Part shown: piece by piece, positions 21,308 through 37,638 of the stretch
How the letters are laid out: every line of letters begins with the position of its first letter
How positions within the stretch are numbered: position 1 is the stretch's first letter
Assembly (NCBI RefSeq): GCF_003334765.1
Contig: NZ_QOWT01000007.1
Direction: 5' to 3' (one strand)
From: Escherichia coli
Lineage (GTDB): Bacteria > Pseudomonadota > Gammaproteobacteria > Enterobacterales > Enterobacteriaceae
Length of the DNA stretch: 64,000 bases
Notes under the pieces: generated by a model
What the model was told of the DNA's origin: nothing
The model's database searches: none
Seen by the model: the letters and a program-made list of their open reading frames with translations, nothing else
Made by a program: the position numbers and the translations under genes

Positions 21308-23416
21308 TTAATTTCGGTTTCGGGTGACTTTAATCACGTCTGGCATCACGCGGATTTTGCGCATGATATTCGCCAGATGCACACGGTCACGAGCGGTCAG
21401 ACGAATAAAGGCGCTGTAGACGCGACCATCTTTCTCTTCCGTATTCAAACTTTGAATATTCGAGGTCGTGGTGTTAATTGCCGCCGTCAGGTTTGCCAGC
21501 GCACCCTGATGATTGAACATCTCCACCTTGATTTCGGTGATGAATTCCTGCGCCGTCTCTTTATCCCATTCCACAGCCATAAACTTCTCTGGCTCTTTCT
21601 GGTAGCCACGGATGTTACGGCAGGATTCATGGTGGATCACCAGACCTTTACCGGGGCTGACGTGGGCGATAATCGGGTCGCCAGGAATAGGGCGGCAGCA
21701 TTTCGCAAAGGTGATCAGCACGCCATCGGCACCTTTAATTGGCAGATGTCCGTGACTTTGGGTTGCCGGTGGAATGGAGGCGTCCCCATGTTGTAGATTT
21801 TTCGCGACCACCACGCTCATTGCGTTACCAAGGCCGATTTCAGCCAGCAGATCGTCAAGCGTTGCCAGCTTCATGCGATCCAGCTCGCGCTGAATATTTT
21901 CCTGCGGGATTTCATTCAGCTTACGGCTACCACCCAAAGCATGGTTGAGCAGACGACGGCCCAGGCTTACAGAATCATCACGCTTGAGGTTTTTCAGCAA
22001 CTGACGAATTTTGGCGCGCGCTTTTGAGCTAACGACAAAGTTCAGCCACGCGGCATTCGGGCGAGCGCCCGGTGCGGTAATGATTTCAACGGTTTGACCG
22101 CTGGTAAGCGGCTGCGACAGCGGGTAAGGCTGGCGGTCAACGCGTGCGCCCACGCAGGCATGACCGATATCGGTATGCACTGCATAAGCGAAGTCGACGG
22201 GCGTTGCACCGGCAGGCAGCTCGACAATGCGCCCTTCCGGTGTGAAAACGTAAATCTCATCCGGGAAGAGATCGGATTTAACGCTCTCGATAAATTCAAA
22301 CGAACTACCGGCGCTCTGTTGCAGCTCCAGCAGGCTTTGCATCCAGCGCTGGGCGCGGATTTGTGCGGTAGTACTGGTTTCGCCGTGCTCTTTATAAGCC
22401 CAGTGCGCGGCAACACCCATCTCCGCCATCTGATCCATATCTTCGGTACGGATCTGGACCTCAACCGGCACGCCGTGCGGGCCAATCATCGAGGTGTGCA
22501 AAGACTGATAGCCGTTCGCTTTTGGAATGGCGATATAGTCTTTCACGCGGCCCGGACGCGGCTTGTACAGGCTGTGCATCTGGCCCAGCACGCGATAACA
22601 GGTGTCAGAATCATTGACGATCACGCGGAAAGCGTAGATGTCCATGATTGAGTGAAAACGCTGCTCTTTGAGCACCATTTTGCAGTAAATCGAATAAAGA
22701 TGCTTTTCGCGACCACTGACGCGGCACGGTATTCCCGCTTCCTGCAAACGCCCTTCGATTTCAGAAAGAATCTTCTGGATCATCTCTTTACGGTTGCCGC
22801 GCGCGGCTTTCACCACTTCTTTGATTACGCGATAACGGTTGGGATACAGCGCCTCAAAACCCAGCTCTTCGAGTTCGGTTTTAATGTGGTGGATACCTAA
22901 ACGGTGCGCCAGCGGGCTGTAAATTTCGAGAGTTTCACGGGCGATGCGGCGACGTTTGTCCGGGCGAAGTGAGCCCAGCGTGCGCATGTTGTGGGTACGG
23001 TCGGCAAGTTTGATGAGGATGACGCGGATATCCTGCACCATCGCCATAATCATCTTGCGAAAGTTTTCGGCCTGCGCCTCTTTCTTATCGCGGAACTTGA
23101 GTTTATCAAGTTTCGACACCCCCTCTACCAGCTCGGCGACGCTTTTACCAAAAAGCTGTTCCATATCCTGGTAGGTGGCGGGAGTATCTTCAATCACGTC
23201 ATGCAGCAGCGCCGCCATCAGCGTTTCATAGTCGAGTTTCATCTCGGCCAGAATGCAGGCAACCGCTACCGGGTGCGTGATATAGGGTTCACCGCTTGAA
23301 CGTGTTTGCCCCTCGTGAGCATCACGTGCAACGAGATACGCCTGCCGCAGACGCTTGATTTGGTCTTCCGGCAGGTAGGTTTGAATCAGTTGATTCAGGC
23401 TTTCAAACAGATACAA
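21308..23416 (-). CDS. spoT: bifunctional (p)ppGpp synthetase/hydrolase SpoT
   Basis: 702 aa; HD domain (HDVIEDT), RelA/SpoT synthetase, TGS and ACT regions. Confidence 0.95.
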   Translation of the reverse strand: MYLFESLNQLIQTYLPEDQIKRLRQAYLVARDAHEGQTRSSGEPYITHPVAVACILAEMKLDYETLMAALLHDVIEDTPATYQDMEQLFGKSVAELVEGVSKLDKLKFRDKKEAQAENFRKMIMAMVQDIRVILIKLADRTHNMRTLGSLRPDKRRRIARETLEIYSPLAHRLGIHHIKTELEELGFEALYPNRYRVIKEVVKAARGNRKEMIQKILSEIEGRLQEAGIPCRVSGREKHLYSIYCKMVLKEQRFHSIMDIYAFRVIVNDSDTCYRVLGQMHSLYKPRPGRVKDYIAIPKANGYQSLHTSMIGPHGVPVEVQIRTEDMDQMAEMGVAAHWAYKEHGETSTTAQIRAQRWMQSLLELQQSAGSSFEFIESVKSDLFPDEIYVFTPEGRIVELPAGATPVDFAYAVHTDIGHACVGARVDRQPYPLSQPLTSGQTVEIITAPGARPNAAWLNFVVSSKARAKIRQLLKNLKRDDSVSLGRRLLNHALGGSRKLNEIPQENIQRELDRMKLATLDDLLAEIGLGNAMSVVVAKNLQHGDASIPPATQSHGHLPIKGADGVLITFAKCCRPIPGDPIIAHVSPGKGLVIHHESCRNIRGYQKEPEKFMAVEWDKETAQEFITEIKVEMFNHQGALANLTAAINTTTSNIQSLNTEEKDGRVYSAFIRLTARDRVHLANIMRKIRVMPDVIKVTRNRN

Positions 23417-23434
23417 GGGCGACCCGCTTTGTGA

Positions 23435-23710
23435 TTAACGACGACCTTCAGCAATAGCGGTAACGGCTTGTAATTCAGCGGCTTCCTGCTCTTGCTGTTC
23501 CTGGCGTTCGCGAACGTCGAGGATCTGGTTGTTGATCAGACCTTCTTCGATTTCGCGCAGCGCGATTACAGTGGTTTTATCGTTTTCTTCCGGTACCAGC
23601 GGATCCTTTCCGCCTACCTGCATCTGACGAGCGCGACGCGCGGCGACCAGTACCAGGTCAAAACGGTTACCAATTTTCTCTACAGCGTCCTGAACAGTTA
23701 CGCGTGCCAT
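23435..23710 (-). CDS. rpoZ: RNA polymerase omega subunit
   Basis: 91 aa [29 protein letters not shown]. Confidence 0.95.
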
Positions 23711-23764
23711 ACTTAAAAAGCTCCACAGGTGAAGAAATGACTGGGCATGATACTGAAATCAGGT

Positions 23765-26942
<3,178 letters not shown>

Positions 26943-27233
26943 GGTTCTCTCCCTAAAAATCTGTCTGGCAGGGTAGCGATTTGTGCGTATTGTCACGATT
27001 GAGATTTTTTAAGGTGAGAGGAAATTGATAACTTGTAGTTATGTGAAATCGCTATTTTCTGTAGCGTAGATGCATTCTTCTGACTTCTTGTCTGAGAAAA
27101 TGCATAAGAAAAAATAGGTTAAAATTGAGGGGTGGAAAAGAAAGGTGCAATGTTTAGCCATTGTGTTCACCGCACCTGGACTTTGGCTTACGCATCGGGT
27201 ATCTCAATCAACAAAAAGAGTTTTTAGTTTCTG

Positions 27234-28058
27234 CTATTTCTTCTCTGTAATTTTTACACTGTTTTCCAACTGCTTGATGCTGACCTGCGGGGTCGGCAAC
27301 TCCTCAGGCATGGTTCCGCCAAGTTCCTGAATGGTTTGCATCACCTTGCTACCCACGTCAAAGTGTGTGGTATTAGCTTGCTGTTTTGAATTCACGCCAT
27401 CCCGCTTGAGTTTTTCTTCTGTTTGGGTAGCTCGAAAGAGATTAGCCGCCAGTTCTGTTGAACCCATATGATCCAGGATCTTCTGATTCTTTTTCAGCCC
27501 CTTCCGCTGATGAATAGCTTTCTGATCTAATCCACCATACAGCCCCTGGTAACCATGATTCTGAAATATGGCGAAATCAGTAGCTGTCGCTACCCCAGCT
27601 TGCTGTGCTGCCTCAACCAATTGTTTGTTATGTTCTTTCAACTCATTTCTCAGAAACAGACGCTTTTCGTCTTCACGAAGTTGCTTAAATGCTTCATCGT
27701 CAGCAAGCTCCTGCCGTCGGGTCTGGATAGCAAAATAAGTCTGCCCTGCCGCAATGACCGGTTTCGCAGGGTCGCCGTTTTGTACTACCAGGTAACAGGC
27801 ATAGCGGGAGAGTACGATGTCTTTTAATGCTCTTTTGGCATTTGAGCCAATTTTGACCATATCGAGGATCTCCTCGAAATGGTCATCAATTGTGTGACCA
27901 CTGTTCTCACAGGCTTCTTTGGCGCGCGTTAATACAGGTATAAAGTGACGATACTCTGAATAACCCAGTAGTTTCCCAAGTTGTCTTGCTGACCATTGTT
28001 CTGCTCCGTTTGCATTAATCAGTTTTATCTCTTCAAAAGGTTGATGATGTTCGTTCAT
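27234..28058 (-). CDS. dinD: DNA damage-inducible protein D, with Bro-N-like N-terminal domain
   Basis: ORF 27234..28070; start placed at MNEHHQPFEEIKL (274 aa); LexA box upstream. Confidence 0.85.
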   Translation of the reverse strand: MNEHHQPFEEIKLINANGAEQWSARQLGKLLGYSEYRHFIPVLTRAKEACENSGHTIDDHFEEILDMVKIGSNAKRALKDIVLSRYACYLVVQNGDPAKPVIAAGQTYFAIQTRRQELADDEAFKQLREDEKRLFLRNELKEHNKQLVEAAQQAGVATATDFAIFQNHGYQGLYGGLDQKAIHQRKGLKKNQKILDHMGSTELAANLFRATQTEEKLKRDGVNSKQQANTTHFDVGSKVMQTIQELGGTMPEELPTPQVSIKQLENSVKITEKK

Positions 28059-28103
28059 TGCCCACTCCATGTGATATCAATTGCAAAGAAAGTAAATCTG
28101 TAA

Positions 28104-28119
28104 CTGTATTTATATACAG
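28104..28119. promoter_or_regulatory. LexA (SOS) operator upstream of dinD
   Basis: CTGT-atttatat-ACAG, the canonical CTGT-N8-ACAG box, about 45 bp upstream of the dinD start. Confidence 0.8.
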
Positions 28120-28279
28120 TTGTGAGTATCTCACGTTCTCAGTGTGCTGGGCAAAAAAACATCGCAAAATCTGGAGCAGGCACGAAAAACAGAATTGAAA
28201 GTTGCGGGGAAGAAAAATGCCGCTCTGTTTGAGTGGGCGGCATTTGTGAAGGCTGAAAAGTAAGAATTGGCGTTACGAG

Positions 28280-29143
28280 TTATTCAATATTCTGAATCTG
28301 CTCGCGCATCTGCTCAATCAACACTTTCAGCTCAATCGCGGAGTTTGTCACTTCGGCATTGATAGACTTCGACGCAAGAGTGTTCGACTCGCGGTTGAAC
28401 TCCTGCATCATAAAGTCCAGACGACGACCAACGGCTTCTTTTTTCTTCAGAATGTTGTAGGTCTCTTTGACATGCGCTTCGAGGCGGTCCAGTTCTTCGG
28501 CAACGTCAATTCGTTGTGCCAGCAGAACCAACTCCTGCTCCAGACGGTTGTTTTCCAACTGAACCTGAGCATCTTCCAGCTTCGCGACCAAGCGTTCACG
28601 CTGCCATTGCAGGATTTCCGGCATATGGGAGCGGACTTTGACCACTTCGGCGGTGACGCCTTCCAGACGCTGCTCGATCAATGCTTTCAGTGCCTGACCT
28701 TCGGTTTCGCGCGCGACAATAAAGTCGTCCAGCGTACCATCCAGCGCCGCGAGAATTTCAGCGGCAATGGCGTCAAGATCCTGCTCCTGGGCTGCCATCA
28801 CGCCCGGCCAGCGTAGAATATCAACCGGGTTGATTTCCCCTTCGTCACTCTGCATTTTTACCCAGTTCGCGGCAGTTACCAGCTGTTTAGCCAGTTTTTC
28901 GTTGAGGATCAGCTCACCTTGCGCGCTAACATCTGGCTCATAGCGCAGGGTACATTCCACTTTACCGCGCGTCAGGCGAGAACGAATACGCTCGCGAACG
29001 ACAGGTTCAAGGCTACGGAACTGCTCCGGCAGACGAAAGTAAGTTTCCAGATAACGCTGGTTTACCGAGCGCATTTCCCAGGTTGCGCTCCCCCATTCAC
29101 CCTTGATTTCACGCCGGGCGTAGGCGGTCATACTGCGGATCAT
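28280..29143 (-). CDS. yicC: YicC-family (UPF0701) protein
   Basis: 287 aa MIRSMTAYARREIKGEWGSATWEMRSVN; divergent from rph. Confidence 0.85.
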   Translation of the reverse strand: MIRSMTAYARREIKGEWGSATWEMRSVNQRYLETYFRLPEQFRSLEPVVRERIRSRLTRGKVECTLRYEPDVSAQGELILNEKLAKQLVTAANWVKMQSDEGEINPVDILRWPGVMAAQEQDLDAIAAEILAALDGTLDDFIVARETEGQALKALIEQRLEGVTAEVVKVRSHMPEILQWQRERLVAKLEDAQVQLENNRLEQELVLLAQRIDVAEELDRLEAHVKETYNILKKKEAVGRRLDFMMQEFNRESNTLASKSINAEVTNSAIELKVLIEQMREQIQNIE

Positions 29144-29269
29144 AGACGTTCCTGTTTATAAAAGGAGAGGTGGAAGGATTATAGCCATCGATGCCTTGTC
29201 AGGATAGGAATAACCGCCGGAAGTCCGTATAATGCGCAGCCACATTTGTTTCAAGCCGGAGATTTCAAT

Positions 29270-29986
29270 ATGCGTCCAGCAGGCCGTAGCAATAATCAGG
29301 TGCGTCCCGTTACCCTGACTCGTAACTATACAAAACATGCAGAAGGCTCGGTGCTGGTCGAATTTGGCGATACCAAAGTGTTGTGTACCGCCTCTATTGA
29401 AGAAGGCGTGCCGCGCTTCCTGAAAGGTCAGGGCCAGGGCTGGATCACCGCAGAGTACGGCATGCTGCCACGTTCTACCCACACCCGTAACGCTCGTGAA
29501 GCGGCGAAAGGTAAGCAGGGTGGACGCACAATGGAAATCCAGCGTCTGATCGCCCGTGCGCTTCGCGCGGCAGTAGATTTGAAAGCGCTGGGTGAGTTCA
29601 CCATTACGCTGGACTGCGACGTGCTTCAGGCTGATGGTGGCACGCGTACCGCTTCGATTACGGGTGCCTGTGTGGCGCTGGCAGATGCGCTACAGAAGCT
29701 GGTGGAAAACGGCAAGCTGAAAACCAACCCGATGAAAGGGATGGTAGCCGCGGTTTCTGTCGGGATTGTGAACGGCGAAGCGGTTTGCGATCTGGAATAC
29801 GTTGAAGACTCTGCCGCAGAGACCGACATGAACGTAGTGATGACCGAAGACGGGCGCATCATTGAAGTGCAGGGGACGGCAGAAGGCGAGCCGTTCACCC
29901 ATGAAGAGCTACTCACCTTGTTGGCGCTGGCCCGAGGGGGAATCGAATCCATTGTAGCGACGCAGAAGGCGGCGCTGGCAAACTGA
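29270..29986 (+). CDS. rph: ribonuclease PH, full-length wild-type allele
   Basis: ORF 29246..29986; start at [10 protein letters not shown] (238 aa); C-terminus ...[13 protein letters not shown] intact. Confidence 0.9.
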   Translation: MRPAGRSNNQVRPVTLTRNYTKHAEGSVLVEFGDTKVLCTASIEEGVPRFLKGQGQGWITAEYGMLPRSTHTRNAREAAKGKQGGRTMEIQRLIARALRAAVDLKALGEFTITLDCDVLQADGGTRTASITGACVALADALQKLVENGKLKTNPMKGMVAAVSVGIVNGEAVCDLEYVEDSAAETDMNVVMTEDGRIIEVQGTAEGEPFTHEELLTLLALARGGIESIVATQKAALAN

Positions 29987-29994
29987 TTTTTAAG

Positions 29995-30018
29995 GCGACT
30001 GATGAGTCGCTTTTTTTT
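29995..30018 (+). promoter_or_regulatory. pyrE attenuator (intrinsic terminator in the rph-pyrE leader)
   Basis: GCGACT-gatg-AGTCGC hairpin plus T8 run, 9 nt after the rph stop and about 32 nt before the pyrE ATG. Confidence 0.8.
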
Positions 30019-30050
30019 GTCTGTAGAAAAGTAAGATGAGGAGCGAAGGC

Positions 30051-30692
30051 ATGAAACCATATCAGCGCCAGTTTATTGAATTTGCGCTTAGCAAGCAGGT
30101 GTTAAAGTTTGGCGAGTTTACGCTGAAATCCGGGCGTAAAAGCCCCTATTTCTTCAACGCCGGGCTGTTTAATACCGGGCGCGACCTGGCACTGTTAGGC
30201 CGTTTTTACGCTGAAGCATTGGTGGACTCCGGCATTGAGTTCGATCTGCTGTTTGGCCCTGCTTACAAAGGGATCCCGATTGCCACCACAACCGCCGTGG
30301 CGTTGGCGGAGCATCATGACCTGGACCTGCCGTACTGCTTTAACCGCAAAGAGGCAAAAGACCACGGTGAAGGCGGCAATCTGGTTGGTAGCGCGTTACA
30401 AGGACGCGTAATGCTGGTAGATGATGTGATCACCGCCGGAACGGCGATTCGTGAGTCGATGGAAATTATTCAGGCCAATGGCGCGACGCTTGCTGGCGTG
30501 TTGATTTCGCTCGATCGTCAGGAACGGGGGCGCGGCGAGATTTCGGCGATTCAGGAAGTTGAGCGTGATTACAACTGCAAAGTGATCTCTATCATCACCC
30601 TGAAAGATCTGATTGCTTACCTGGAAGAGAAGCCGGAAATGGCGGAACATCTGGCGGCGGTTAAGGCCTATCGCGAAGAGTTTGGCGTTTAA
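30051..30692 (+). CDS. pyrE: orotate phosphoribosyltransferase
   Basis: ORF 30036..30692; start at [13 protein letters not shown] (213 aa); PRPP-binding motif [13 protein letters not shown]. Confidence 0.95.
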
Positions 30693-30700
30693 AGAAACTC

Positions 30701-30722
30701 GCCGGATGAAAATTCATCCGGC
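30701..30722. terminator. bidirectional terminator hairpin between convergent pyrE and slmA
   Basis: GCCGGATGAA-aatt-TTCATCCGGC inverted repeat. Confidence 0.6.
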
Positions 30723-30728
30723 GTCATA

Positions 30729-31325
30729 TTACTGCAACTGCGCGGCAATTAGCGGCCAGCGGGCGTCAAAATCATCCGTCGGGCGGTATTTAAATTCGCT
30801 GCGGACAAAACGTGACAGCATACCTTCACAGAAGGCCAGGATCTGGCTTGCCAGCAGGGTTTCATCGGTGGTGTAACCTTCACCCTCACGCATTCTCTTT
30901 TCACGCAATACCTGGCGCAGCTGCGCTTCAATACGCTCGAACAGCTGGTTGATGCGCCCTTGCAGGCGATCCTGTTCAAACATTAGCGCATGACCAGTGA
31001 GGATGCGGGTCAGGCCAGGATTACGCTCACCAAAACCGAGAAGCAGCAACACAATCAGACGCAGGCGCGCTGTGGTGTCTTTCTCATCTTTCAGAATCAG
31101 ATTGATGCGAGTAATCAGGCTATCTTCGATAAACTCAATCAGGCTATCGAACATGCGGGTCTTACTGGGGAAGTGGCGATACAGTGCCGCTTCGGAAACG
31201 CCGACAGAGGCGGCCAGTTTTGCCGTCGTGATACGTTGGCTTCCATCGCTGGATTCCAGCATCAGCGCCAGAGACTGAAGTATTTCCTCGCGACGGTTCC
31301 TTTTCGCAGTTTGTTTTTCTGCCAT
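30729..31325 (-). CDS. slmA: nucleoid occlusion factor SlmA (TetR family)
   Basis: ORF 30729..31367; start placed at [16 protein letters not shown] (198 aa); TetR-type HTH. Confidence 0.9.
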
Positions 31326-31431
31326 GTTACAAAATACCCCTGAAAATAAGCACTTGCCAGGCGGCACCCACGCTATGACCGCAAACGAAATGTTTGCGGC
31401 TATGTTATGACGTTATTCGGATGCGTATGTG

Positions 31432-31890
31432 TTACTGACGACCAGAGTGACCAAAGCCGCCTTCACCGCGGTCGGTGGCGTCGAAATCTTCCACCAGATT
31501 AAATTCAGCCTGTACTACCGGAACAAAAATCATCTGGGCGATGCGTTCGCCAGGTTGAATGGTGAAGCTGTCCTGACCACGGTTCCACACGGAAATCATC
31601 AACTGGCCCTGATAGTCGGAATCGATCAATCCTACCAGGTTACCAAGCACGATACCGTGCTTATGTCCCAATCCGGAGCGCGGCAGCATCATTGCCGCCA
31701 GTGAAGGATCGGCAATATGAATCGCCAGCCCGGTCGGAACCAGCGTAGTGTCACCCGGAGCCAGTTCTACGGCGTCGTCGAGACAGGCACGCAGGTCAAG
31801 TCCGGCAGAGCCAGAGGTGGCATAAGTCGGGAGCGGAAATTCCTTCCCAACGCGCGGGTCCAGAATCTTAACGTCGATTTTTTTCATCAT
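31432..31890 (-). CDS. dut: dUTP diphosphatase
   Basis: 152 aa [35 protein letters not shown]; true start may be the second Met. Confidence 0.95.
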
Positions 31891-33088
31891 AACGGGTCAC
31901 GATCTCGTCGAGTAATAATTGGCCAAGGAGCTCTTTGCGCTCAAGCGGTAAGACTTTATCTCCGTCCTGCCAGAAAAGGTGTAATGCGTTGTTGTCGCTG
32001 TTAAATCCTTGAGTTGGCTGGGAAACATCGTTCGCGCAGATCAGATCAAGGTTTTTACGGATACGTTTTTGCCGGGCGTATTCTTCCACATTATTTGTTT
32101 CGGCGGCAAATCCAACGACGTAGGGTCGATGGTCTTTTAGTGCGGCAACGCCTGCGACGATATCGGGGTTTTTAACCATTTTTATTGTTAATTCATCACC
32201 CTGCGTGGCCTGCTTTTTGATTTTTTCTGGGGCCACGGTAGCTGCGCGATAATCCGCCACGGCGGCGCAGCCGATAAAAATATTTTGCTGCTGTACAGAA
32301 GCATTCACGGCGGCTTCCATTTCCAGCGCGGTCATCACATCAACACGTTTAACAAACGGTGGCGTCGGTAGTGAAACCGGACCTGATACCAGCGTGACGT
32401 TCGCGCCACGACGGGCAGCGGCGGCGGCGATAGCAAAACCCATCTTGCCGGAGCTGTGATTAGAGATATAACGCACCGGATCGAGCGGTTCACGCGTCGG
32501 ACCGGCGGTAATCATAATGTTCAGATGTTTCAGGTCGTTGACGGGCGAAAAATGCGCCACCGCCATATCCACAATGGTTAACGGATCGAGCATTCGCCCA
32601 GGACCGATATCACCACAAGCCTGACTGCCACTGTCTGGCCCCCAGATGAGCAAACCACGGGAAGCAAGCACCTCTAAATTATGCTGCGTGGCAGCGGCAC
32701 GGTACATCTGCTGGTTCATGGCGGGGAGCACGGCTACAGGCGCAGGTGTAGCCAGACAAATCGTCGATACCAGGTCATTCGCCATTCCGGCAGCAACACG
32801 GGCAATCAAATCTGCCGTGGCAGGGGCGAGAATCACTAAATCAGCCCATTTACCCAGCTCAATATGGCCCATAGCGGCTTCGGCTGCCGGGTCCAGCAAA
32901 CTGTCGGAAACGGGATAACCAGAAACCGCCTGCAAGCTAAGTGGGGTGATAAAGGCTTTTGCCGCTTCGGTCATGGCTACGCGGACGTCGGCCCCGCGAT
33001 CGCGCAAACGACGCACCAGTTCAGGGGTTTTATAGGCAGCAATACCGCCGCTAACGCCGAGAACGATTTTTTTACCGGCCAGGCTCAT
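31868..33088 (-). CDS. coaBC: bifunctional phosphopantothenoylcysteine decarboxylase/synthetase
   Basis: ORF 31868..33160; start placed at [20 protein letters not shown] (406 aa). Confidence 0.9.
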
Positions 33089-33253
33089 GATGATTTTTCC
33101 TGTTGGGTGACACCAGAAGTTGGCGATTTTATCACAATACTTTTGTTGTCGTGCCTTCACCTGAGAATCACTTTGCGAGGCGCTTTCCAGGATTGAAAAC
33201 TGGCCGTCGATTTAACGGAACGGCTATGACAGGATGCGAGCACCACAAAGGAG

Positions 33254-33928
33254 GTGAAGGTGAAAAACAATTCACAGCTGTTGATGCCGCGCGAAAAAAT
33301 GCTGAAGTTTGGTATTAGCGCCTTAACGGATGTCGAGCTGCTGGCGCTATTTCTGCGTACCGGAACGCGCGGTAAAGATGTATTAACCCTGGCAAAAGAG
33401 ATGCTGGAGAATTTCGGCTCTCTTTATGGCTTGTTAACCTCTGAATATGAACAATTTAGTGGCGTTCATGGAATTGGCGTGGCGAAATTTGCCCAGTTAA
33501 AGGGGATTGCTGAACTGGCGCGGCGTTACTACAACGTGCGGATGCGTGAAGAAAGCCCTTTACTCAGCCCGGAGATGACGCGGGAATTTTTACAAAGCCA
33601 GCTCACGGGTGAGGAGCGGGAGATCTTTATGGTGATCTTTCTCGACTCACAACACCGGGTTATAACGCATAGCCGTCTTTTTTCCGGCACGCTAAACCAT
33701 GTTGAAGTCCATCCTCGGGAAATTATCCGCGAAGCGATAAAAATAAACGCCTCGGCGCTGATCCTTGCACATAATCACCCTTCGGGTTGTGCTGAACCCA
33801 GTAAAGCGGATAAACTCATTACTGAACGGATAATAAAGAGTTGTCAGTTCATGGATTTACGCGTGCTCGACCATATCGTGATTGGGCGTGGAGAGTATGT
33901 TTCTTTTGCCGAACGCGGTTGGATTTAA
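33254..33928 (+). CDS. yicR: UPF0758 / RadC-like JAB-domain protein
   Basis: 224 aa; JAMM-like motif HNHPSG; start may lie a few codons downstream. Confidence 0.85.
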   Translation: MKVKNNSQLLMPREKMLKFGISALTDVELLALFLRTGTRGKDVLTLAKEMLENFGSLYGLLTSEYEQFSGVHGIGVAKFAQLKGIAELARRYYNVRMREESPLLSPEMTREFLQSQLTGEEREIFMVIFLDSQHRVITHSRLFSGTLNHVEVHPREIIREAIKINASALILAHNHPSGCAEPSKADKLITERIIKSCQFMDLRVLDHIVIGRGEYVSFAERGWI

Positions 33929-34123
33929 CCCGCTATGCGCGATCCTTCGGGATCTTTGTCTGTTCGGGACTTGAGCACATCGCTGAGTCAGCGTATACTA
34001 CGCCACCTTTGAGAATCTCGGGTTTGGCATTTGGGCCTGGCAATCGAGAGTTCACATAGAACTGCGATGACCGGGCTGTAAAGCCTGACGAGGCGCCAAT
34101 ACCCCATACGAAGCTCGAGCTAA

Positions 34124-34381
<258 letters not shown>

Positions 34382-34398
34382 GTACTTAGAGGAAATAA

Positions 34399-34569
<171 letters not shown>

Positions 34570-34593
34570 TTCTCGCTTTGATGTAACAAAAAA

Positions 34594-34615
34594 CCTCGCT
34601 CCGGCGGGGTTTTTT
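34594..34615 (+). terminator. intrinsic terminator after rpmBG
   Basis: A6 run, CCTCGC-tccg-GCGGGG stem (one G-U pair), T6 run. Confidence 0.6.
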
Positions 34616-34666
34616 GTTATCTGCTTGCCCCCATATTGACTGCATCTGTTCATTCCTGGAGATGCT

Positions 34667-35476
34667 ATGCCTGAATTACCCGAAGTTGAAACCAGCCGCC
34701 GCGGCATAGAACCGCATCTCGTTGGTGCAACCATTCTTCATGCAGTGGTGCGCAACGGACGCTTGCGCTGGCCGGTTTCAGAAGAGATCTACCGTTTAAG
34801 CGACCAACCAGTGCTTAGCGTGCAGCGGCGGGCTAAATATCTGCTGCTGGAGCTGCCTGAGGGCTGGATTATCATTCATTTAGGGATGTCTGGCAGCCTG
34901 CGCATCCTTCCAGAAGAACTTCCCCCTGAAAAGCATGACCATGTGGATTTGGTGATGAACAACGGCAAAGTGCTGCGCTACACCGATCCGCGCCGCTTTG
35001 GTGCCTGGCTGTGGACCAAAGAGCTGGAAGGGCATAATGTGCTGGCCCATCTTGGACCGGAGCCGCTTAGCGACGATTTCAATGGTGAGTATCTGCATCA
35101 GAAGTGCGCGAAGAAAAAAACGGCGATCAAACCGTGGCTGATGGATAACAAGCTGGTGGTAGGCGTAGGGAATATCTATGCCAGCGAATCTCTGTTTGCG
35201 GCGGGGATCCATCCGGATCGGCTGGCGTCATCACTGTCGCTGGCGGAGTGCGAATTGCTGGCTCGGGTGATTAAAGCGGTGTTGCTGCGTTCGATTGAGC
35301 AGGGCGGTACAACGCTAAAAGATTTTCTGCAAAGCGACGGTAAACCGGGCTATTTCGCGCAGGAATTGCAGGTTTACGGGCGAAAAGGTGAGCCGTGTCG
35401 GGTGTGCGGTACGCCGATTGTGGCGACTAAACATGCGCAGCGGGCAACGTTTTATTGTCGGCAGTGCCAGAAGTAA
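34667..35476 (+). CDS. mutM: formamidopyrimidine-DNA glycosylase (Fpg)
   Basis: 269 aa; N-terminal MPELPEVE catalytic proline, C-terminal zinc finger CRVCGTPI...CRQCQ. Confidence 0.95.
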   Translation: MPELPEVETSRRGIEPHLVGATILHAVVRNGRLRWPVSEEIYRLSDQPVLSVQRRAKYLLLELPEGWIIIHLGMSGSLRILPEELPPEKHDHVDLVMNNGKVLRYTDPRRFGAWLWTKELEGHNVLAHLGPEPLSDDFNGEYLHQKCAKKKTAIKPWLMDNKLVVGVGNIYASESLFAAGIHPDRLASSLSLAECELLARVIKAVLLRSIEQGGTTLKDFLQSDGKPGYFAQELQVYGRKGEPCRVCGTPIVATKHAQRATFYCRQCQK

Positions 35477-35485
35477 TTCATGCGC

Positions 35486-35507
35486 GCCGGATGGCATACC
35501 ATCCGGC
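35486..35507. terminator. hairpin between convergent mutM and coaD
   Basis: GCCGGATGG-cata-CCATCCGGC perfect 9-bp stem. Confidence 0.5.
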
Positions 35508-35514
35508 ATAAACG

Positions 35515-37279
<1,765 letters not shown>

Positions 37280-37626
37280 AATAAATAGCTGACTTATGGA
37301 TGTGCTGGGGATTCTATGTATTTAGCACCGGGTTTGCCATTACTTTTCCTTTTTTTGACTTAATTAGCCTCTGTTTGAGCTGATCTGCCGCTAGATCTTC
37401 ATTTTTTTTGTATTTTTATGCGATTCATTGAATTTCAGCCAGGATTGCAGCTTTACATCGACAATATCTGGATTCTCGAGTATGCAAAATTTTATCTCTA
37501 TGATTTTTATAATTAAAACATATTTTGTGTATAAAAATCATTCGGGTCGGATTGCTGCGAAAGAAATGATACACTAGCGCGTCAAAGTAAGTGCGTTATC
37601 AGTATTCGGGTAGCTGTTGAGCCTGG

Positions 37627-37638
37627 GGCGGTAGCGTG
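37627..37638 (+). promoter_or_regulatory. ops element (RfaH recruitment site, JUMPStart region) in the waaQ leader
   Basis: Exact GGCGGTAGCGTG followed by a T run, about 50-85 nt upstream of the waaQ start. Confidence 0.8.

Noticed and set aside
27145-27330. 61-aa plus-strand ORF in the yicG-dinD spacer
   Set aside because: It overlaps the dinD 3' end on the opposite strand, has no Shine-Dalgarno sequence and no recognisable motif. Probably spurious, though a small membrane peptide cannot be excluded from sequence alone.
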